From Candidatus Dojkabacteria bacterium (GTDB lineage Bacteria; Patescibacteriota; Dojkabacteria; SC72), in the NCBI GenBank assembly GCA_018056375.1, contig JAGPFQ010000001.1:39995-103994 (forward strand): 64,000 nt of DNA, written 5' to 3'. Shown in pieces: positions 37,455-49,136 of the stretch. Each line of letters begins with the position of its first letter. The first letter of the stretch is position 1. A program made the translations under genes and the position numbers. Below the pieces are notes generated by a model. That model was given only the letters and a program-made list of their open reading frames with translations, was not told where the DNA came from and did no database searches.

Positions 37455-37967
37455 TTAAACTCTCATATTTTTGTCAAGGTATATTGTTCTGTCTTCTAGA
37501 TTGTAGATTTCTTCTATTAAAATCTCATCTAAAAAGACTTTGTATTCTTCTGTTGTTTCTTGGCTAATATATATTATCTCAGGATTGATTTTAAGAGGAT
37601 TGTGCTTGTTATCAGAAATTACCACTATTCCATAGCTTCCTTCAATTGGTACCAAGAGAGATTTATTAGTGGCAAAATCTTCTTGGTCTTTCTTTGGGAC
37701 TGTTCTCGAAAACGCAGGAGGATACGTTACCTCTTCTTCTGTACTAAAAAACTCTTCTAGTCTTTGACCTTCTTGTGTACCTTGGAGTAGCCTTTGAAGT
37801 TTTTTACCAAAACCATATTCTGTTAAGTTTTTTATAGCTCTTTTTTTTACATAATCTTTATCTATGTTTTTAATCTCAGCATTCGGTATTAGCATGTTGT
37901 ATATATCAACATATGTAATGTTCTTCGGCAGTAATATTTCTTGTTTTTCAAGTCTGTTGTTTGTCAT
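37455..37967 (-). CDS. Hypothetical protein inserted between gyrB and gyrA
   Basis: 170-aa ORF, tightly packed (18 nt after gyrB stop, 12 nt before gyrA start); no recognised motif. Confidence 0.5.
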   Translation of the reverse strand: MTNNRLEKQEILLPKNITYVDIYNMLIPNAEIKNIDKDYVKKRAIKNLTEYGFGKKLQRLLQGTQEGQRLEEFFSTEEEVTYPPAFSRTVPKKDQEDFATNKSLLVPIEGSYGIVVISDNKHNPLKINPEIIYISQETTEEYKVFLDEILIEEIYNLEDRTIYLDKNMRV

Positions 37968-37984
37968 ATATGGTTTTGTATATT

Positions 37985-39904
<1,920 letters not shown>

Positions 39905-39979
39905 TCAAAAAGTGTAAGTTAAACCTTTACAATTCCGAGAACTGGTCTATCTATATTATATCATTTTTACCATACAAAG

Positions 39980-40672
39980 TTAAATTCTTAACTGTATTAT
40001 CATAGCTTCTAAAGTCAATCTCCTATTACAATTTGAGACTATCTTCTCCCTACTTTTGCCAACTACTTTCAAGTCCTCTAGAATTTTTTTAGAACCCTCA
40101 ATACTACCATTTTTAATTTTAATTTCAAACTCCTCTCTTAATATTTTTTCAATTGTGTTTATGAACTCTATGGAAAGCTCCCTACTAGAAGAAGCTTTTT
40201 CGGCAATCTCAAATTGTTCGACTAAATCTTTTTTAAGAAAATCTCTCTCTCTTTCTCTCTCCTGCTCTTCTTCATTATTTTCTTGTTTTTTGATATAGAT
40301 AATTCTAGCTCTTGACCTGATTGTAGGAAGTAAATTTCTTTGATTATCAACACAGAGAATATATATTGTGTTATCTCCACTCTCTTCTAGACTTTTAAGA
40401 AGGGAATTTTGAGCTTCGTGAGTGAGTTTTTGTGAAGAATGGATAATACCAACCTGTTTTTCTTCTTGGAATGGTTTGTAAATTAGTTTGGCTTGAAAAT
40501 CTTTCACATCTTCAATTCCTATGCTTAGTTTGTCAGTAATCTCTAGGTTATGGATGTCTGGATTTGTATAGAGTTCTTCTAAAGTTATTTCTCTCTTAAA
40601 AATCTCTTTGAGAAACTCTCTTAAAGCAATCTTCTTACTGTCTTCTTGTTTGTTAACTAGAATATATGTCAT
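39980..40672 (-). CDS. holB: DNA polymerase III delta-prime-like subunit (short form lacking N-terminal P-loop region)
   Basis: NPDIHNLEI...IEDVKDFQAKLIYKPFQEEKQVGIIHSSQKLTHEAQNSLLKSLEESGDNTIYILCVDNQRNLLPTIRSRARI matches clamp-loader delta' motifs (hPD...aNaLLKtLEEP...TIrSR). Confidence 0.55.
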   Translation of the reverse strand: MTYILVNKQEDSKKIALREFLKEIFKREITLEELYTNPDIHNLEITDKLSIGIEDVKDFQAKLIYKPFQEEKQVGIIHSSQKLTHEAQNSLLKSLEESGDNTIYILCVDNQRNLLPTIRSRARIIYIKKQENNEEEQERERERDFLKKDLVEQFEIAEKASSSRELSIEFINTIEKILREEFEIKIKNGSIEGSKKILEDLKVVGKSREKIVSNCNRRLTLEAMIIQLRI

Positions 40673-40790
40673 ATTTCATTTTACCATATACTACTGAACA
40701 GTATGGAACCTAGTTTGTTATATAGCTTCGTTGACTATTATTCTTTTTTATCTTAAACTGGAAGAGATAATATGAATACTGCCCAGTGTA

Positions 40791-42614
40791 ATGTCTCAGA
40801 CATCATTGCTTAAATATCTTCAACAGAACAACCTTATCGATAGTGAGGGTGTAAGGAAGGTTTTGTTGGAAAGGACTAAGAGTAACAAAACAGAAGAGGT
40901 TATTATTAAAGAAATGAATTTAGTAGATGAGGTTGTATTAGCGAAGGCTAAATCAGCAATCTTTAATATTCCATTCATAGACCTTTCAACAATGACTGTT
41001 CCTGAGGGAGTTGTGTCAGAAGTCCCTATTGATAACTTATCGAGGTATAGGGCTGTGCCTTTCGAAAGAGGTGAAGGGTATGTAAAGATTGCAATGGAAG
41101 ACCCTTTTGATATTCAAGCAACACAAGCTCTACAGAGTAAATATCCTCAGGGTACACGTGTACAAGTATATATCTCAACTCCTTCTAGTATTGCATTGAT
41201 ATTGGATAGAAGGGTTGGTGATATGATGGGTGCTCAAGTTGCTGATGCTTTGGAGGATGCAAATATCCCCGTAACGACATTGGATGCTAGTCCGGATGAT
41301 TCTCTAGATGCACTTTCTGGAGATATTGCTTCTGCTCCTGTTGCAAGAATAGTGAACTCCATACTCCAGTATGCTGTAAAATCGAAATCATCAGATATCC
41401 ATATTGAGACATTAGAAGGTAGAGTTAGAGTGAGATTTAGAATCAATGGTGTTATGACTGAGAGACTGACATTACCAAGAACTCTTAGTGCTGCAATTGT
41501 TTCTAGAATTAAAATTATGTCTAATTTAAAGATTGATGAGAAGAGGATTCCACAGGATGGTAGATTCCAAATCCAAGTAAATGGTAGTAAGACAGATATT
41601 AGAGTCTCTATTATGCCAATGATCTATGGCGAGAAGGTTGTTATGAGGTTGTTAGAATCAGACACAGAGAATATTTCTTTGGAGGATACAGGGTTGAGAG
41701 GTCATGCATACAAAGTTTTTGTAGATGCCCTCTCTGTTACCAATGGAATAGTTTTAGTCACAGGACCAACAGGTAGCGGTAAGACACGAACTCTAGCATG
41801 TTCTTTAATGAAGGTAAATGACCCAAAGGTTAATATAATATCACTGGAAAATCCTGTTGAAATTAGAGTCCCAGGTGTGACACAGGTACAGATTAATGAT
41901 GATGTAGGTCTTACTTTTGCAAATGGTCTTAGGGCTGTCTTAAGACAAGACCCTGACATTGTAATGGTTGGAGAGATTAGAGATGGAGAAACAGCTCAGC
42001 TTGCTGTTCAAGCATCACTGACAGGTCACTTGGTTCTTTCTACTTTGCATACAAACAGTGCAGCCGCAGCTATTCCAAGGTTGGTAGATATGGGTATTGA
42101 GCCGTATCTACTGGCTTCTACCATTCGAACAGTTGCAGCACAGAGGTTACCCAGAAAGATTTGTAAGAATTGTATTGAAGCATACCCAGTTACTCCTGAG
42201 GTACTTAGGAACATTAATGAGGTTATGAGTGGAGTTAATGGTTTTGACCTGATTGGTTATATAAATAAGTTAGTTGCATCAAAGAACAGTACTACTAATA
42301 CAGAAGGTGCTGCAGAACCGACTTTTTTGAAAGCACCAGAGGTCGGTCCTGATGGAGTACCAGTTGTGTATCTCTACAAAGGTAAGGGTTGTGATTTCTG
42401 TGGTGGAACAGGATACTCAGGTAGGACAGGTATTTTTGAAGTTTTAGATATAACCGAGAAGATTAGTAGAATGATAATGGAGGATGTAACAGATACAGAT
42501 ATTAGAAATGTAGCAATTGAGCAAGGTATGATAACTATGGTACAAGATGGCTATCTTAAAGCTTTAGAAGGGATCACCACAGTTGAAGAGGTATTGAGGG
42601 TTTCGAAAGAATAA
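40791..42614 (+). CDS. pilB: Type IV pilus assembly ATPase PilB (GspE family)
   Basis: N-terminal T2SE_N domain, Walker A GPTGSGKT, Asp/His boxes, tetracysteine CKNC...CDFCGG. Confidence 0.9.
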   Translation: MSQTSLLKYLQQNNLIDSEGVRKVLLERTKSNKTEEVIIKEMNLVDEVVLAKAKSAIFNIPFIDLSTMTVPEGVVSEVPIDNLSRYRAVPFERGEGYVKIAMEDPFDIQATQALQSKYPQGTRVQVYISTPSSIALILDRRVGDMMGAQVADALEDANIPVTTLDASPDDSLDALSGDIASAPVARIVNSILQYAVKSKSSDIHIETLEGRVRVRFRINGVMTERLTLPRTLSAAIVSRIKIMSNLKIDEKRIPQDGRFQIQVNGSKTDIRVSIMPMIYGEKVVMRLLESDTENISLEDTGLRGHAYKVFVDALSVTNGIVLVTGPTGSGKTRTLACSLMKVNDPKVNIISLENPVEIRVPGVTQVQINDDVGLTFANGLRAVLRQDPDIVMVGEIRDGETAQLAVQASLTGHLVLSTLHTNSAAAAIPRLVDMGIEPYLLASTIRTVAAQRLPRKICKNCIEAYPVTPEVLRNINEVMSGVNGFDLIGYINKLVASKNSTTNTEGAAEPTFLKAPEVGPDGVPVVYLYKGKGCDFCGGTGYSGRTGIFEVLDITEKISRMIMEDVTDTDIRNVAIEQGMITMVQDGYLKALEGITTVEEVLRVSKE

Positions 42615-42634
42615 ATTTTTTGGTATATTAAAAC

Positions 42635-44287
42635 ATGCAAAACACTGCCCAAAATCAAAATAATACTGGTGTACAATTTGGTTATCCAGATTTCTCTAAT
42701 CAACAACCACAGGCTAATCCTCCTACAGCTCCTGTCACTCAAGTTCAAACATCCATTCCTGCTACAGCCACTACTCCTCAACCTGAAACACCATCACAGG
42801 ATAATAGTACTTCTACATATATAGATCAGCAGAAGTTAGATGAACTTAAGAAGAGTATAGGTGAATTGATAGATACTCCTACTTCGAATGAACAACAGCC
42901 TACAAATCAACAACAGCAAGTTACACCACCCTCTACCCCTACTCAACAACCTCAACCAGATACTAATCAAACAGGATATGTACAAGAGGTTACTCCACTT
43001 CCTAATCTAAATACCCCTCCAACTACTCCACCTGAAAAACCTGTTCAACAGTCACCTCAACAATCTCAACAGGGAGTTTGGAATGATTCTCTTGAGAAAA
43101 TCATGCCAGAACAAAATGTCATTAAAGCCATGAAGAGAGATGAGAAAGAAAATAATCTTTCTAAACCACTTTCTACTAAAAAAGAGGGTGGAGATGGTCA
43201 TACAATTATAGATTTAGGAACTACAGAATATACAATGGAGATGCTCTTTGAAGAAGTGATTAAAAACAATGCGTCTGACTTGCACATCTCGGCAGGTTAT
43301 CCTCCTGTAATTAGAATTGATGGCCAACTCATTGATATTGGGGAACAACCTCTCTCGCCGGAAGAATCAGAAAAATTAATTCTGTCTATCATTCCTGATG
43401 ACAAAAAAGAACTATTAGAGGTAAATAGGGAGATAGACTTTGCCCATTCACATCAAGGTGAACAATCAGGTAGATTCAGAGTAAATGCTTTCTATTCTAT
43501 GAAGAATCTTTCAGCTGCTTTTCGATTGATTCCTACTAGAGTGAAAACAATTGAAGAATTAGCTCTTCCTCAAGTGTATTATCAAATTACAAAGTTAAAA
43601 CAGGGCTTAGTTTTAGTTACAGGTCCTACAGGTCACGGTAAAAGTACTACACTTGCAGCTATGTTAGAAGATATTAATAGAAATAGGTATGACCATCTTA
43701 TTACAATAGAGGATCCAATAGAGTATATCTTTGAAGGTAAGAAAGCTCTTATCGATCAAAGAGAGATGAATGATGATACGAACTCTTGGGCAGTTGCTCT
43801 TAGAAGTGCTATGAGACAAGACCCTGATGTTATCCTTGTTGGCGAGATGAGAGACTATGAAACAATTGCTGCTGCAATTACACTAGCAGAAACAGGTCAC
43901 TTGGTTTTTGCCACACTACATACAAACAATGCAGCACAGACAATAGATAGGGTTATAGATGTATTCCCAGAGAATCAACAACCACAGGTTAGGTCTCAGC
44001 TATCAAATATTCTTCAGGTAGTAATTGCACAGAGATTAATCCCATTAGATAAAGGTGGGAGAAGAGCAGTCTCAGAAGTTATGTTCAACACCTCTGCTAT
44101 CTCAAACTTAATTAGAGAGGGTAAAACATATCAAATAGATAATGTAATTCGAACAAGTTCTGATGTTGGTATGGTATATCTTGAGAAATCACTCGTAGGA
44201 TTGGTAAGAGAAGGTTTAATCTCAGTACAGAAAGCTCAGGAATATGCGGTACATCCAGAAGAAGTACTAAGATTATTAAAGTCTTAA
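42635..44287 (+). CDS. pilT: Twitching-motility ATPase PilT with ~190-aa Gln/Pro/Thr-rich N-terminal extension
   Basis: Core from ~aa 195: MLFEEVIKNNASDLHISAGYPPVIRIDGQL..., Walker A GPTGHGKST, ILVGEMRDYETI, ATLHTNNAAQTIDR; preceded by low-complexity QQPQ/TPPT-rich region in the same uninterrupted frame. Confidence 0.85.
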   Translation: MQNTAQNQNNTGVQFGYPDFSNQQPQANPPTAPVTQVQTSIPATATTPQPETPSQDNSTSTYIDQQKLDELKKSIGELIDTPTSNEQQPTNQQQQVTPPSTPTQQPQPDTNQTGYVQEVTPLPNLNTPPTTPPEKPVQQSPQQSQQGVWNDSLEKIMPEQNVIKAMKRDEKENNLSKPLSTKKEGGDGHTIIDLGTTEYTMEMLFEEVIKNNASDLHISAGYPPVIRIDGQLIDIGEQPLSPEESEKLILSIIPDDKKELLEVNREIDFAHSHQGEQSGRFRVNAFYSMKNLSAAFRLIPTRVKTIEELALPQVYYQITKLKQGLVLVTGPTGHGKSTTLAAMLEDINRNRYDHLITIEDPIEYIFEGKKALIDQREMNDDTNSWAVALRSAMRQDPDVILVGEMRDYETIAAAITLAETGHLVFATLHTNNAAQTIDRVIDVFPENQQPQVRSQLSNILQVVIAQRLIPLDKGGRRAVSEVMFNTSAISNLIREGKTYQIDNVIRTSSDVGMVYLEKSLVGLVREGLISVQKAQEYAVHPEEVLRLLKS

Positions 44288-44296
44288 TAAAAATAA

Positions 44297-45505
44297 ATGA
44301 AAAAGTTTAAATATTCTGCTCGAGACAAGTCAGGAAAACCAGTAACAGGAGAGATTGAAGCTAAAGATGAGTTGTCCGTAGCAGACATTTTACATGATAG
44401 AGGTTTAGTGGTTGTTTCTGTTAAAGAGAATGCTTTTGATTTGCAAAAACTTGCTGAGATAAATATCGGTGGTGTTCCGATGAAGGAGAAGGTTGTATTT
44501 ATGAGACAGATGGCAACAATGGTAGGTGCTGGTCTCTCTCTTACTAGAGCTCTTGAGATAATGATTCAGCAGACAGGTAACAAGATGTTTCAAAGGACAC
44601 TAAAGAGTGTTCTTGATTCTGTACAATCAGGCAAACCACTATCTGTAGCTTTTAGAGAGCAAGAGGATGTTTTTGATAGTATTACACTAAATTTAATAGA
44701 AGCTGGTGAAGAGAGTGGTAATTTAGATACTGTTTTGGAGAAGCTTGCAACAGAGTTAGAAGAGAAAGATGCTTTAAATAGAAAGATTAGGTCTGCAATG
44801 ATTTATCCAACCATTATCCTTGTAGTAATCATAGGTGTTGTATTGATGATGATGTTTGTATTAGTACCTGCAATGTCTGATATATACAATGATTTTGATG
44901 CAGAACTGCCTTGGGTAACAAGAGCTCTTATGGCTATGAGTGACTTCTTTATAAAATATTGGTGGGGTATACTTCTCATCTTAGTACTCCTCTTTGTTGG
45001 ATTTAAGTATTACAGAAGCACTGAGCAAGGGAGAAAAACAACAGATAAGTTGTTGCTAAAGATACCTGTATTTGGGAATATTGTTACTAAAATTCAGCTT
45101 TCTCAATTTACAAGAGTTTTAGCATTACTTCTAGGTAGTGGTCTCTCAATTATAAAAGCATTGGAATTGACAGCAGAATCTTTAGAAAACACTGTTTTTA
45201 AAGATGTGGTACTTAGTGCAAGAACAGAGGTTGAGAAAGGTGGTCCAATCGCAATACCAATAGCTAGGAGTGAATACTTCCCCCTACTCGTAAGTAGTAT
45301 GATGTCTGTTGGTGAGGAGACGGGTGAATTAGATGCTGTTTTGAATAAGGTGGCTGACTACTACAAAGAGGAGGTTAACACTGCAACTTCTAATCTTTCT
45401 TCCGCTCTTGAACCTATTTTCTTAGTAATAATGGGTTTAGCTGTTGGTTTTATAGCTCTCTCTGTTTATCTACCTATGTTCCAGTTATCTCAGGTAATGG
45501 GCTAG
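44297..45505 (+). CDS. pilC: Type IV pilus inner-membrane platform protein PilC (GspF family)
   Basis: Two GspF repeats with 3 TM helices; FRQMATMVGAGLSLTRAL...; 402 aa. Confidence 0.9.
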   Translation: MKKFKYSARDKSGKPVTGEIEAKDELSVADILHDRGLVVVSVKENAFDLQKLAEINIGGVPMKEKVVFMRQMATMVGAGLSLTRALEIMIQQTGNKMFQRTLKSVLDSVQSGKPLSVAFREQEDVFDSITLNLIEAGEESGNLDTVLEKLATELEEKDALNRKIRSAMIYPTIILVVIIGVVLMMMFVLVPAMSDIYNDFDAELPWVTRALMAMSDFFIKYWWGILLILVLLFVGFKYYRSTEQGRKTTDKLLLKIPVFGNIVTKIQLSQFTRVLALLLGSGLSIIKALELTAESLENTVFKDVVLSARTEVEKGGPIAIPIARSEYFPLLVSSMMSVGEETGELDAVLNKVADYYKEEVNTATSNLSSALEPIFLVIMGLAVGFIALSVYLPMFQLSQVMG

Positions 45506-45571
45506 TCTTGACATTATGTGTTAAGTTTTGTAATTTATAATTAGTTAAATTAATATTTTTATATAAAATAT

Positions 45572-46138
45572 ATGAATAGAAAATCATATAAGGCATTTAC
45601 ATTGATTGAAATGCTTATTGTCATGGGAATCTTAATTATTCTCATGGCGGTAGGTGTAGCAGCAGGTAGGTTTGCTATTGATAGAGCGAATGAGATTTCT
45701 CATAAGAATGGTGCTACACAGTTATATCAGGCTTTACAAGCCTACTATACTGATAATTTAAAGTTTCCTGAGGCAGGGTCGAATTTTGAAACAATGCTTA
45801 ATACAGATGGGGCTTTGCTCCAGTATTTGGATATGGGTTCATTCAAAGGTGGTTCAGATGCAAATTACTATTATTTAGTTGCTGATGATGGACAGTCTAC
45901 AGTTGTATGTGTTACTTTGGGAGGTGAAGGAGATAAAGGTAAAAAGGGGGTAGTGTGTGTAGGTAATGGTTTTGGTGTTGCTACTACTGAAAGTTGTGAT
46001 GGTGCAGAAAATGGGACAACAACGTTAAACAAAGAGAAGTATGATAGTGATGAGGGTGACTCTGAGTATACGGCAATAAGAGATTTAACAGGAAATTGTG
46101 TTTCATTTTGGGATTCAAAGGAAAAGAAATTTAAATAA
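45572..46138 (+). CDS. Type IV (major?) pilin with class III signal peptide, Ala at -1
   Basis: MNRKSYKA|FTLIEMLIVMGILIIL: Phe+1, Glu+5 and hydrophobic helix as in type IV pilins, but Ala replaces the canonical Gly at -1; strong terminator follows. Confidence 0.7.
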   Translation: MNRKSYKAFTLIEMLIVMGILIILMAVGVAAGRFAIDRANEISHKNGATQLYQALQAYYTDNLKFPEAGSNFETMLNTDGALLQYLDMGSFKGGSDANYYYLVADDGQSTVVCVTLGGEGDKGKKGVVCVGNGFGVATTESCDGAENGTTTLNKEKYDSDEGDSEYTAIRDLTGNCVSFWDSKEKKFK

Positions 46139-46162
46139 TTATCCTAAACAACTTGTTACTTT

Positions 46163-46190
46163 AAACCCCTCTCCGGAGGGGTTTCCCTTT
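46163..46190 (+). terminator. Rho-independent terminator after pilin gene
   Basis: AAACCCCTC-TCCG-GAGGGGTTT hairpin. Confidence 0.5.
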
Positions 46191-46215
46191 CTAATAACTC
46201 TGGATATAATGGAAT

Positions 46216-46965
46216 ATGGTAATAATATATCTCTGTATATTCTTCTTAGGTGCATCTCTAGCTAGCTATATCAATGCAACGATATATAGAATAGAGAAAA
46301 AGGTAAAATATCCAAAGATATTTACTCAATCATCCTACTGTGAAAAATGTAAGAAGAAATTAAAATGGTGTGAATTAATACCAATACTGGGATATATCAT
46401 TATAAAAGGAAGATGTTCTAAATGTAATGATAAAGTAAATATATACTACCCTCTCTCTGAGTTGTTACTAGGTACTACCTTTCTTCTTTTCTATTTCTTC
46501 TCTATCCCATTCTACTACTGGATACTCTTCCTCTTTCTCTTCGTTCTCTCCTTCTATGACATTCTTTACAGAGGGATACCTAAGGTATTAACACATATAT
46601 TTCTTATTTTAACTCTTCTAATCTTTCTCTTCTTTAATCTAAATACAGCCTCTCTCATAGCTATGGCTTCTATTGTAGGTATGCTATTAGTCTTAATGGC
46701 TATTATGAAAAACTCCTTTGGTATGGGAGATATACTATTACTAGTAGGTTTAGGTATATCCATGAATTACAAAAGCTTCCTCTCTATGTTTTGGTTTTCG
46801 ATAGTGATAGCCCTACTCTATGCTTTACTCTATGCGATAATTAAAGAGAAAACCTTAAAGGGAGTTAAGATACCAATGGTTCCTTGCTTCACAATATCGT
46901 TTGTCATATCAGTGATATATGGAGAGAAAATAGTTGATTTTGTGATAAGTAAGATACTCTTCTAG
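46216..46965 (+). CDS. pilD: Prepilin peptidase PilD (A24 family)
   Basis: N-terminal tetracysteine CEKCKKKL...CSKCNDKV, 6-8 TM helices, catalytic Asp regions FYDILYRGIP and GMGDILLL. Confidence 0.8.
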   Translation: MVIIYLCIFFLGASLASYINATIYRIEKKVKYPKIFTQSSYCEKCKKKLKWCELIPILGYIIIKGRCSKCNDKVNIYYPLSELLLGTTFLLFYFFSIPFYYWILFLFLFVLSFYDILYRGIPKVLTHIFLILTLLIFLFFNLNTASLIAMASIVGMLLVLMAIMKNSFGMGDILLLVGLGISMNYKSFLSMFWFSIVIALLYALLYAIIKEKTLKGVKIPMVPCFTISFVISVIYGEKIVDFVISKILF

Positions 46966-47024
46966 TCATTGATAACCCTATCCAATTGTGATAAATTGAA
47001 AGTAGTAATTTAGAAATCTGTCCT

Positions 47025-47786
47025 ATGTTGTCACCTAGAGAGAAAAGGTACAAAGCTTTCACACTCATAGAGATGTTAATAGTTGTTGGAATCCTTGTTA
47101 TTTTAGGTTCTTTATCCTTAGCTTCATATCAAAGAATGCAGGTAGTTATGAGAACTAATGAATATATTAATTCGTTGGAACAAGATGTTAGGAGAATACA
47201 AAAAAATGCTATGTTACAGGATAGAAAACAGGGAGAGTATTGGTCTTTTGGGATTGGGATTGATTTTACAGAAATGAATACTGATGATGGTTCAGGTACT
47301 TACAGTGTTTTTAAATGGTGTTCCCCTTATAAGGAGTATGGAGATAGAAGAACAACTGGTTCTGTTCCAGGGTATTCCAAATTCACTCCTAATGGTCATA
47401 ATCTACCTACTAGTCGGCGTAACGGAGATGTTTGTAATAGTAATACGGGAGATACAAGACTTTATCTTCCCAGCAGATTCTTGGATCTTAGGCCTCCTAG
47501 AAGTGTAATTACTGTGAGCCCCAAACCTAGGGTGCTTGGTTTAGGAGGTAAGGGTGATTTAATGGACAAAGACCTTGGTTATATTCTATTTGAATCTGTT
47601 ACAGGTAATGCTTTCTTTTATAATAGGAATGGACAATTAATCAATTATGAGGTTAAAGGAGATGACATAGAGTTAACTAACAATATTTTTGATTTAATTA
47701 TAAGAATTAGACCTCAAAGAGGTGGTGTAAATAGAACTCTTACGATTCGACATTTATCAGGAATAATGGAATTAGATACAAATTAG
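47025..47786 (+). CDS. Minor pilin/pseudopilin with prepilin signal (Ala -1)
   Basis: MLSPREKRYKA|FTLIEMLIVVGILVIL. Confidence 0.6.
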   Translation: MLSPREKRYKAFTLIEMLIVVGILVILGSLSLASYQRMQVVMRTNEYINSLEQDVRRIQKNAMLQDRKQGEYWSFGIGIDFTEMNTDDGSGTYSVFKWCSPYKEYGDRRTTGSVPGYSKFTPNGHNLPTSRRNGDVCNSNTGDTRLYLPSRFLDLRPPRSVITVSPKPRVLGLGGKGDLMDKDLGYILFESVTGNAFFYNRNGQLINYEVKGDDIELTNNIFDLIIRIRPQRGGVNRTLTIRHLSGIMELDTN

Positions 47787-47788
47787 AA

Positions 47789-48370
47789 ATGGAGAAAAAG
47801 GACAACAAATACAATGCATTGGGTTTTGTAGAAGCATTAATATCTATTGTTATAGTAGGTATTAGTTCTGTTGTTTTGATGAGGATAGCTGCAAGCGCAT
47901 TAATAGAGGCTGTACAGAATGATAAGATTGACAGAACTACTCAGTTTGCTGTTGAAGGTGGAAATATTGTTAAGGAGTTGTATGAGAAAGGAGGAGATGG
48001 GTTCCCTGATTTGCAGTATTTAAATGATATCTCTCAGTGTTATATAATTATAGGAGGCTATATACAGCCTAATAAGCCTCAGACTTTTTCCTTCTCTTCT
48101 CCTGGTTGGGGTACATTTAATCATTGTGTAGATCCTTTTGTTAATGGTTCTACTGACAATAGGAAAGAATGTAAGAAAGGGTATCATGCTTGGAACACCA
48201 ACAAACAATACCCCTTCTTTAGACTTGCATGTATGAAAGTTGAGGGTACAAAAGAAAAATATATATCAGTTAAAATAGTTGTAGGAGAATTAAACTATGA
48301 TGGAAGAGTAACAAGGTCTGGTAATGTAAAAGACTATGCATATCAAACAATAATACCTTTAGAAGATTAA
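47789..48370 (+). CDS. Pilin-like protein with atypical prepilin N-terminus
   Basis: MEKKDNKYNALG|FVEALISIVIVGIS: Gly-Phe junction and hydrophobic helix, but Glu at +3 rather than +5. Confidence 0.45.
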   Translation: MEKKDNKYNALGFVEALISIVIVGISSVVLMRIAASALIEAVQNDKIDRTTQFAVEGGNIVKELYEKGGDGFPDLQYLNDISQCYIIIGGYIQPNKPQTFSFSSPGWGTFNHCVDPFVNGSTDNRKECKKGYHAWNTNKQYPFFRLACMKVEGTKEKYISVKIVVGELNYDGRVTRSGNVKDYAYQTIIPLED

Positions 48371-48376
48371 TAAAAT

Positions 48377-49108
48377 ATGTATAAAAAAGAAACAAAATAT
48401 AAGGCTTTTAGTTTATTAGAAATGATAATTACAACTTTTATCATTGGCTTTATCATGGCTGTTGTAGCTCTTGTCTTGACTACACTAATAAAGGTGTCTG
48501 TAGTAACAACAAATAAAACAGCAGCAAGGAACGACTCTGAATTTATTTTAGAATTACTGAAAAGAAATATTAGAAGCAGTAATCCAGAACATGTAAATAT
48601 ATATAACAGTAAGGAAGAAAGAACATATAACAGACAAACAGGAAAAGTTGTACATACAGAAAAGAAACCTGGGGAGTGGGAAAGTGTAGGTCCTAGTGTG
48701 TTAGGTAATGAGATACATTTTAGGCCACAAGGTTCTCAAAACTGGGTTTGTATAGCTTACTACAAAGGTATACCTGGAGATATTGAAAAGAAAAAGGATG
48801 ACAAGGGACATGATGTACCAATGGGGTATGTATTAAAAGTCACGAAAACTAGAGAAGAATATACTACAGCAAAAGATTGCTTTGGTGATCTTAGCAATAA
48901 ACATCCTTTAATGGTATTGAATTCTAAATCTATTAATGTAAAAGAACTAACTTTCCAATATAGGACACATGGTGTAGACTCTGTAAATAAGGTTATACAA
49001 GTAGATATGATAGCTCAACCAGTACACTGGTACTTTGCACCAGGAGCCCCTATCAATAGGGAAGTATATAGGCAGGCAGTCATATCTACAGAAAGTATTG
49101 AGTGGTAA
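48377..49108 (+). CDS. Minor pilin/pseudopilin with prepilin signal (Ala -1)
   Basis: MYKKETKYKA|FSLLEMIITTFIIGF. Confidence 0.6.
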   Translation: MYKKETKYKAFSLLEMIITTFIIGFIMAVVALVLTTLIKVSVVTTNKTAARNDSEFILELLKRNIRSSNPEHVNIYNSKEERTYNRQTGKVVHTEKKPGEWESVGPSVLGNEIHFRPQGSQNWVCIAYYKGIPGDIEKKKDDKGHDVPMGYVLKVTKTREEYTTAKDCFGDLSNKHPLMVLNSKSINVKELTFQYRTHGVDSVNKVIQVDMIAQPVHWYFAPGAPINREVYRQAVISTESIEW

Positions 49109-49136
49109 ATATATAAATTAAGTATAAAATAAGTAT

